From: Trichodesmium erythraeum IMS101
GTDB taxonomy: Bacteria; Cyanobacteriota; Cyanobacteriia; Cyanobacteriales; Microcoleaceae
Length of the DNA stretch: 32,000 nt
Reading direction: 5' to 3'
Assembly (NCBI RefSeq): GCF_000014265.1
Contig: NC_008312.1
Coordinates: 6,630,001-6,662,000 of the forward strand
Shown: in pieces, positions 7,165-14,782 of the stretch
Position numbering within the stretch: position 1 is the stretch's first letter
Layout: each line of letters begins with the position of its first letter
Notes under the pieces: generated by a model
Databases searched by the model: none
What the model was told of the DNA's origin: nothing
What the model saw: only the letters and a program-made list of their open reading frames with translations
Made by a program: the position numbers and the translations under genes

Positions 7165-10100
7165 TCGGCTAATGGTGCTTAACAAAGGAGGCCAAGGGTA
7201 AAAATAACTGTAGGTTGGGTTGAAGCACGAAACCCAACAGACAGTGGTTGGCAGATAATAACTTTAGGTTGGCTAATGGTTTTATGAAGTAGGTGTGATG
7301 TTTCTGTTGGTTTTGATTTTTTTTGCCTAACTTAGGTTTTATGGTTTTTTGGTGGAATAATTTTTGGGCGGAATAATTTTTTGGTGGAATAACTGTAGGT
7401 TTGGTTGAGGTACAAAACCCAGGAAAAGCTGGTTGGCAGATAATAACTTTAGGTTGGCTAATGGTTTTATGAAGTAGGTGTGATGTTTCTGTTGGGTTTG
7501 ATTTTTTTTTGCCTAACTTAGGTTTTATGGTTTTTTGGTGGAATAATTTTTTAGCGGAATAATTTTTTGGTGGAATAACTGTAGGTTTGGTTGAGGTACA
7601 AAACCCAGGAAAAGCTGGTTGGCAGATAATAGCTTTAGGTTGGCTAATGGTTTTATGAAGTAGGTGTGATGTTTCTGTTGGGTTTGATTTTTTTTTGCCT
7701 AACCTAGGTTTTATGATTTTTTGGTGGAATAATTTTTTGGTTGAATAATTTTTTGGTGGAATAACTGTAGGTTTGCTTCAGGTACAAAACCCAAGACAAG
7801 GTGGTTGGCAGATAATAACTTTAGGTTGGCTAATGGTTTTATGAAATAGATGTGATGTTTCTGTTGGTTTTGATTTTTTTTGCCTAACCTAGGTTTTATG
7901 ATTTTTTGGTGGAATAATTTTTTGGTGGAATAATTTTTTGGTGGAATAATTTTTTGGTGGAATAACTGTAGGTTTGCTTCAGGTACAAAACCCAAGACAA
8001 GGTGGTTGGCAGATAATAGCTTTAGGTTGGCTAATGGTTTTATGAAATAGATGTGATGTTTCTGTTGGGTTTGATTTTTTTTTGCCTAACTTAGGTTTTA
8101 TGATTTTTTGGTGGAATAATTTTTGGGCGGAATAATTTTTTGGTGGAATAACTGTAGGTTTGGCTGAGGTACAAAACCCAAGACAAGGTGGTTGGCAGAT
8201 AATAACTTTAGGTTGGCTAATGGTTTTATGAAATAGATGTGATGTTTCTGTTGGTTTTGATTTTTTTTGCCTAACCTAGGTTTTATGATTTTTTGGTGGA
8301 ATAATTTTTGGGCGGAATAATTTTTTGGTGGAATAACTGTAGGTTTGGTTGAGGTACAAAACCCAGGAAAAGCTGGTTGGCAGATAATAGCTTTAGGTTG
8401 GCTAATGGTTTTATGAAGTAGGTGTGATACTTCTGTTGGTTTTGATTTTTTTTGCCTAACCTAGGTTTTATGATTTTTTGGTGGAATAATTTTTGGGCGG
8501 AATAATTTTTTGGTGGAATAACTGTAGGTTTGGTTGAGGTACAAAACCCAAGACAAGGTGGTTGGCAGATAATAACTTTAGGTTGGCTAATGGTTTTATG
8601 AAGTAGGTGTGATGCTTCTGTTGGTTTTGATTTTTTTTGCCTAACCTAGGTTTTATGATTTTTTGGTGGAATAATTTTTGGGCGGAATAATTTTGTGGAA
8701 TAACTGTAGGTTTGGTTGAGGTACAAAACCCAAGACAAGGTGGTTGGCAGATAATAACTTTAGGTTGGCTAATGGTTTTATGAAGTAGGTGTGATGCTTC
8801 TGTTGGTTTTGATTTTTTTTGCCTAACCTAGGTTTTATGATTTTTTGGTGGAATAATTTTTGGGCGGAATAATTTTGTGGAATAACTGTAGGTTTGGTTG
8901 AGGTACAAAACCCAAGACAAGGTGGTTGGCAGATAATAACTTTAGGTTGGCTAATAGTTTTATGAAATAGGTGTGATGTTTCTGTTGGGTTTGATTTTTT
9001 TTTGCCTAACCTAGGTTTTATGATTTTTTGGTGGAATAATTTTTTAGCGGAATAATTTTTTGGTGGAATAATTTTTTTGTGGAATAACTGTAGGTTTGGT
9101 TGAGGTATAAAACCCAGGAAAAGCTGGTTGGCAGATAATAGCTTTAGGTTGGCTAATGGTTTTATGAAGTAGGTGTGATACTTCTGTTGGTTTTGATTTT
9201 TTTTGCCTAACCTAGGTTTTATGATTTTTTGGTGGAATAATTTTTTAGCGGAATAATTTTTTAGCGGAATAATTTTTGGGTGGAATAACTGTAGGTTTGG
9301 CTGAGGTACAAAACCCAGAAAAAGCTGGTTGGCAGATAATAACTTTAGGTTGGCTAATAGTTTTATGAAATAGATGTGATGCTTCTGTTGGTTTTGATTT
9401 TTTTTGCCTAACTTAGGTTTTATGATTTTTTGGTGGAATAATTTTTTGGTGGAATAATTTTTTGGTGGAATAACTGTAGGTTTGGCTGAGGTACAAAACC
9501 CAAGACAAGGTGGTTGGCAGATAATAGCTTTAGGTTGGCTAATGGTTTTATGAAATAGATGTGATGTTTCTGTTGGTTTTGATTTTTTTTGCCTAACCTA
9601 GGTTTTATAATTTTTTGGTGGAATAATTTTTTGGTGGAATAATTTTTTGGTGGAATAACTGTAGGTTTGCTTCAGGTACAAAACCCAAGACAAGGTGGTT
9701 GGCAGATAATAGCTTTAGGTTGGCTAATGGTTTTATGAAATAGATGTGATGTTTCTGTTGGGTTTGATTTTTTTTTGCCTAACTTAGGTTTTATGATTTT
9801 TTGGTGGAATAATTTTTGGGCGGAATAATTTTTTGGTGGAATAACTGTAGGTTTGGCTGAGGTACAAAACCCAAGACAAGGTGGTTGGCAGATAATAACT
9901 TTAGGTTGGCTAATGGTTTTATGAAATAGATGTGATGTTTCTGTTGGGTTTGATTTTTTTTTGCCTAACCTAGGTTTTATGATTTTTTAGCGGAATAATT
10001 TTTTGGTGGAATAATTTTTTGGTGGAATAACTGTAGGTTTGCTTCAGGTACAAAACCCAAGACAAGGTGGTTGGCAGATAATAACTTTAGGTTGGCTAAT

Positions 10101-10531
10101 GGTTTTATGAAATAGATGTGATGTTTCTGTTGGTTTTGATTTTTTTTGCCTAACCTAGGTTTTATGATTTTTTGGTGGAATAATTTTTTGGCGGAATAAT
10201 TTTGTGGAATAACTGTAGGTTTGGTTGAGGTACAAAACCCAGAAAAATCTGGTTGGCAGATAATAACTTTACGTTGGCTAATGGTTTTATGAAATAGGTG
10301 TGATGCTTCTGTTGGGTTTGATTTTTTTGCCTAACCTAGGTGTTATGATTTTTTGGTGGAATAATTTTTTGGTGGAATAATTTTTTGGTGGAATAACTGT
10401 AGGTTTGCTTCAGGTACAAAACCCAGGAAAAGATGGTTGGCAGATAATAACTTTAGGTTGGCTAATGGTTTTATGAAATAGATGTGATGCTTCTGTTGGT
10501 TTTGATTTTTTTTGCCTAACTTAGGTTTTAT
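7165..10531. repeat. Tandem array B: about 18 units of 182-203 bp filling the whole gap between the convergent 3' ends of mtnB and the MoxR-like gene; each unit contains 3-4 copies of a nested 16-nt sub-repeat GGTGGAATAATTTTTT
   Basis: The landmark CTGTAGG recurs at 7208, 7393, 7579, 7765, 7966, 8152, 8338, 8522, 8704, 8886, 9089, 9289, 9474, 9659, 9845, 10031, 10213 and 10398. The ~200-bp units carry a fourth 16-mer. A two-unit block starting at 7966 appears identical by eye for more than 300 nt to one starting at 9659 (offset 1693). Confidence 0.95.
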
Positions 10532-10563
10532 AAGTTTTTAGAGATTTATAAATTTTCAAAATT

Positions 10564-11658
10564 TTATTGACTTAAATTTTTAAACAAAATTTCCTTAAGA
10601 GACTCAATATTATTATCATCTTGAGGACTATTTGACTGAGTTAATATATGAATTGTATTGAGTAACTGATCTGTTGCTCTGTCAAATGCTTCACCTTCTT
10701 CTTGTTTGGGCAAAAATTCTTTAATTAATTCCCCAATATAGTCCTGATTTTGATTATACAATTCATCTCCGAAATGAGCTTGAACAATACTTTTTAAAGC
10801 TTCCTCTTTTGGGTCTGGCATTGTCACTCTTAAACAACGTCGTTTAAATGCGGGAGGAAAATCTCTTTCTCCATTACTTGTCATTACAATAATAGGAAAA
10901 GCTGCACATTTTACTTTTCCAGTTTTGAGGGTTACTTTGTCTTCATCTTGTGTCCAAACTGTAAATTGTTGTGGAGATTCTTGTGAAAATTCTTGTGAAG
11001 ATTCTGCTGATTTTCTAGATTTACTTCTACGCATTAATTCGGGAATAATAAATTCTCCTTCCTCAAAAATATTGAGTAAATCATTGGGTAAATTAATATC
11101 ACTTTTATCAACTTCATCTATTAATAAAACCCGAGGAAATTGAGAAGGTAAAAATGCTGTACCTAAGGCACCTAATGTAATATATTCTCCAATGTGTTGT
11201 TCTTTTTTTAATTGAGCATCTTGTAACCTGGCAATAGCATCATAACGATATAGTCCATCTTGTAAAGCAGACCTTGCTGTAATTGACCAAGATAATACAG
11301 TTCCCAAACCTAATTCATAAGCAATGGCATAAGCAAGGGATGTTTTGCCAGAACCTGGTTTTCCAGTTATTAATAAAGGTCTTCTCAAATAAATTGCTGC
11401 GTTAACACTGTTAATTACATCTTTTGCTTCTTTTTGTTGTTGAGGAAGTCGAAAGTTTTTACCTCTTTCTAATCCTTTTTTTTGTTGTTTTGCTAATTTT
11501 CTTAATTCTAACCATCTACTGTCAATTCCTTTTTCATTTACTTTAATATCTGTTGTTTCCCCAAATTTACGCCAAGGAGGAGGCTCTATATTTAAGAGTT
11601 TTTTTTCAACTCCTTTTTCTTTAATTCCATTCCCTTGAAATAAATGCCAATGGCTCAT
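10564..11658 (-). CDS. MoxR-like AAA+ ATPase (the type that partners vWA proteins)
   Basis: Walker A is GKPGSGKT (codons at 11341-11364, verified on the DNA). Walker B is VLLIDEVD. The sensor region has FKRRCLRV. The N-terminus has a PPPWRKF motif, and LRRPLLITG precedes the P-loop, as I recall for MoxR ATPases of vWA-MoxR conflict systems. Confidence 0.85.
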   Translation of the reverse strand: MSHWHLFQGNGIKEKGVEKKLLNIEPPPWRKFGETTDIKVNEKGIDSRWLELRKLAKQQKKGLERGKNFRLPQQQKEAKDVINSVNAAIYLRRPLLITGKPGSGKTSLAYAIAYELGLGTVLSWSITARSALQDGLYRYDAIARLQDAQLKKEQHIGEYITLGALGTAFLPSQFPRVLLIDEVDKSDINLPNDLLNIFEEGEFIIPELMRRSKSRKSAESSQEFSQESPQQFTVWTQDEDKVTLKTGKVKCAAFPIIVMTSNGERDFPPAFKRRCLRVTMPDPKEEALKSIVQAHFGDELYNQNQDYIGELIKEFLPKQEEGEAFDRATDQLLNTIHILTQSNSPQDDNNIESLKEILFKNLSQ

Positions 11659-11666
11659 TAATTATG

Positions 11667-11672
11667 CTCCTT
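11667..11672 (-). promoter_or_regulatory. Shine-Dalgarno AAGGAG 8 nt upstream of the MoxR-like ATG, inside the 29-nt gap after the 570-aa gene
   Basis: Plus-strand ctcctt at 11667-11672. The position implies co-transcription or coupling with the upstream gene. Confidence 0.55.
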
Positions 11673-11687
11673 TTTTTTTATTTTATT

Positions 11688-13400
11688 TTACCCAAAAGTG
11701 TAGGCATCGTCTTCTTCAAATCTTGATAAAATTCGGTAAGGGTTATCACATAAAAATCCTAAGCCATATCCTAGTTTTTCTTCATTGTTATCATCAATAT
11801 AAGCTTCTTCTCGTAATTTTTTTATGGAATTTAAAAGACTGGTTAAACTTTTAATATCTTGCAGTGTTAAGATTTGCAGAAAGTTTGTTTTTAACTTTTC
11901 AGGAGTATATTTAAGGTTAATACTCCATAATGCAATGGGAATTCCAGCAATAATAATTGCTTTCATAATCTCTTTGATTTCTTGAATATTTTTTAAAGGT
12001 GAAATAATGTTTATTCCTATTTTTTGATTGTCTCTTAAACGTGCTTCTAGTATTTTCCATTTTTCATAGCGACTATGATGTTCAAATTTATTTTCAATTA
12101 TTTCTGAAGTTAATGGTGACTGGGATATAAAAAAATCATTTACTTCTTGCCAGTTATTTTCTAATCTCAGTAAATATTCACGATTATTTTGATAAGTTTC
12201 AAATCTTTCCAAAATTCTAAAAGTTAATGGGTGCTCACAACAAAGCTTTCTACTTTCTCCTGCAAATAGTGTTGAATTTTTTATTGGTAAAGGGATAGCT
12301 TCCATGGGCTTTAAAAAATATTTGATAGGCAAGAATAATTCAATAATGATTGACGGCTCAAACCTAATATTACTATTTCGAGAACGATAATGTTGTAATT
12401 TCCAATAACTTTTCTGAATAAATTTTTTAAGACAGTTTCCTATTTTTTTGAAGTTTTTTGCACATCTAACAGCTTGTGTTTGCTCCTGAATATAAATAGG
12501 TTTTTGTTTCAGAATTTTCTTACTATGATCTTTTTCTAGGACTAACTCACCTTGCAATAGTAAATCAGAACCAGCATCTTCTAAACTTATTAATAAGTAA
12601 GGCTGAATTTTTTCTGTGGGCAAGAATTTTGATAGATTTTTATTTTTTTCTTGAGTCTTTAATAGGGTATCTTTTTTCTGGAGTCGAGCAGTAAATTTTG
12701 AAAGCCATATTTTTAAATTAGATCTACTTTCCTTTTGTTTTTGAGTCTCTAATTGAATATTTAGTTGATGAGAAACTTCTGAAACCCATGTTTTAAATTC
12801 ATTGGGAATGGTAGATTTTGTTGGAAGATAATTAGGGTTTGATAATATTGTCTGAAGTGATATATCTATTTGTTCATATGGCATTCTGCTTAAATAATCA
12901 ACAAATTCTAAAACTACGGGAATTTCTCTTGAACTTTGCTCTCGTTTTTTAATTAAATTATCTTTTAAAGTATCTTGAGTTTCTTCAGCTTCTAAGGATT
13001 TTAAGTTAATTAATCTTGGATCAACTTCCACAATTTCTTTTGGTTGAAAGGTTTCCTGAAAAGCTAAATCTAAATAAGTTGGATGAATCTGAGAGAGTAA
13101 TTTATATAACTTTTCCCATTGTTTTTCGGTAATGTAGAAAAGTTGATAAGTTATGTTTTTAATTGGCAAATTATGGGGATTTTGATCATTAGCTCCCCAA
13201 ACTAAGTCTAATAGTTTATTTTGACTTTCAGCCCATTCAATTAATGCCAGAATAACATTGTCAAGAGGGTCTCGTTTAACAATCTCCTCAAGATTTTTTT
13301 CTAGATTTAATCTAAACATTATTCTAAGTTGATCATAGCTTCGATAGCCATCTTCTAAAGCTTTAAATAGATATTTCCTTTCAGATTTAGACAAGTTCAT
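11688..13400 (-). CDS. 570-aa protein: N-terminal effector-associated-domain (EAD)-like helical module (residues ~1-80) plus a large K/E/L/I-rich domain without a P-loop; candidate VMAP-like (vWA-MoxR-associated) scaffold
   Basis: Residues 1-77 align without gaps to the N-terminus of the protease at 14783-15853, with 35/77 identical by my own count. No GxxxxGK[ST] motif is present. The gene lies directly upstream of the MoxR-like gene. The VMAP assignment rests on context only. Confidence 0.6.
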   Translation of the reverse strand: MNLSKSERKYLFKALEDGYRSYDQLRIMFRLNLEKNLEEIVKRDPLDNVILALIEWAESQNKLLDLVWGANDQNPHNLPIKNITYQLFYITEKQWEKLYKLLSQIHPTYLDLAFQETFQPKEIVEVDPRLINLKSLEAEETQDTLKDNLIKKREQSSREIPVVLEFVDYLSRMPYEQIDISLQTILSNPNYLPTKSTIPNEFKTWVSEVSHQLNIQLETQKQKESRSNLKIWLSKFTARLQKKDTLLKTQEKNKNLSKFLPTEKIQPYLLISLEDAGSDLLLQGELVLEKDHSKKILKQKPIYIQEQTQAVRCAKNFKKIGNCLKKFIQKSYWKLQHYRSRNSNIRFEPSIIIELFLPIKYFLKPMEAIPLPIKNSTLFAGESRKLCCEHPLTFRILERFETYQNNREYLLRLENNWQEVNDFFISQSPLTSEIIENKFEHHSRYEKWKILEARLRDNQKIGINIISPLKNIQEIKEIMKAIIIAGIPIALWSINLKYTPEKLKTNFLQILTLQDIKSLTSLLNSIKKLREEAYIDDNNEEKLGYGLGFLCDNPYRILSRFEEDDAYTFG

Positions 13401-14340
13401 TATTGTGATTGTTTAATTTAATCAAGTTACATTTTTTCTAAAAATATTAGAGCTATAAATTTGGATTAATTTGCTTTAAAGTTTTAGCTATAAATAGCCT
13501 GCAAATAATTAATATAAATATTTTTTTAGAAATAGCGATCGCTCAATAGATATTTGATTTTAAATTGAGATTGGTTGATTATCATTGTGCTTATTTAATT
13601 AATTTAATTTACGTTGTATTCAAATAAATTATAGGCATAATTTTGTATTAATTTGCCTTAATATTTTATCTATAAATATCCTGAAAATAACTAATATAGA
13701 TATTTTTTTAGGAGTAGCGATCGCTAAATATATATTTGATTTTAAATTGAGATTGGTTGATTATCATTGTGCTTATTCAATTAATTTAATTTACGTTATA
13801 TTCAAATAAATTATAGGCATAATTTTGTATTAATTTGCCTTAATATTTTAGCTATAAAGATCCTGAAAATAACTAATATAGATATTTTTTTAGGGGTAGC
13901 GATCGCTCAATATATATTTGATTTTAAATTTAAATTAGTTGATTATCATTGTGCTTATTTAATTAATTTAATTTACGTTGTATTCAAATAAATTATAGGC
14001 AAATTTTGTATTAATTTGCTTTAAAATTTTAGCTATAAATATCCTGAAAATAACTAATATAGATATTTTTTTAGGAGTAGAGATCGCTCAATATATATTT
14101 GATTTTAAATTTAAATTAGTTGATTATCATTGTGCTTATTTAATTAATTTAATTTACGTTGTATTCAAATAAATTATAGGCAAATTTTGTATTAATTTGC
14201 TTTAAAATTTTAGCTATAAATATCCTGAAAATAACTAATATAGATTTTTTTTTAGGAGTAGCGATCGCTCAATATATATTTGATTTTAAATTTAAATTAG
14301 TTGATTATTATTGTGCTTATTCAATTAACTTAATTTACGT
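13398..14340. repeat. Tandem array C: about 5 units of 181-182 bp, an amplification of the entire spacer between the membrane-protein stop and the 570-aa gene start
   Basis: HIP1 or its degenerate form occurs at 13535, 13717, 13899, 14080 (GAGATCGC) and 14261. The junction motif TTTACGTT occurs at 13611, 13793, 13975, 14156 and 14337, with a diverged copy at 13429. The last unit overlaps the final codons of the 14325-14747 gene. The first unit overlaps the ATG at 13398-13400. Confidence 0.95.
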
Positions 14341-14747
14341 TTTTCTAGAGGAATTAGAGGAATAACTACTGTATAAAGCACCATTAATATTGAGCCATAA
14401 ATAGGCTGATACCAACTAATAGAAATAAATGGTTTTCCACCAATAGCGATCGCCCAAACTATAAATGCTCCTACGGAAATAATCCCTTGTTTAATAGTAG
14501 GTTTCTTCTTTGAACTGACTGGTAATAAACAAATATAAGCGAAAGTTAAGAACAAACAAAAAATAAATATTCCCCATAAAATACTATTTTCAGGAACATT
14601 ATTGTTTCCTTCTACCATAGTTTTAATAGTAATCCATACTCCTACTATTTCTGAAGGAATATATTTCACTATCTTGTCGAAATAATTATCTATATCAGAT
14701 TTTGTTTCTGATGCTTGTAGTTCAGTTTCAATAATAGAACGGTTCAT
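14325..14747 (-). CDS. Small integral membrane protein (140 aa; soluble ~30-aa N-terminus, then 3-4 predicted transmembrane helices)
   Basis: Hydrophobic stretches are ILWGIFIFCLFLTFAYICLLPV, GIISVGAFIVWAIAIGG and IYGSILMVLYTVVIPLIPL. The start is 35 nt after the protease stop. I recognise no family. Confidence 0.65.
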   Translation of the reverse strand: MNRSIIETELQASETKSDIDNYFDKIVKYIPSEIVGVWITIKTMVEGNNNVPENSILWGIFIFCLFLTFAYICLLPVSSKKKPTIKQGIISVGAFIVWAIAIGGKPFISISWYQPIYGSILMVLYTVVIPLIPLEKRKLS

Positions 14748-14782
14748 ATTTTTCAGTAATTTAATGATTTAATAAATAGAAT

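Noticed and set aside
7711-7995. 94-aa minus-strand ORF inside array B
   Set aside because: It exists only in one stretch of the array, and the other units have stops in the same frame. The sequence is a translated repeat (KIIPPKNYSTKK... reiterated).
800-10531. CRISPR interpretation of the tandem arrays
   Set aside because: There are no unique spacers, because the entire period is repeated. The units (75-200 bp) are much longer than CRISPR repeats. No cas genes are present in the window.
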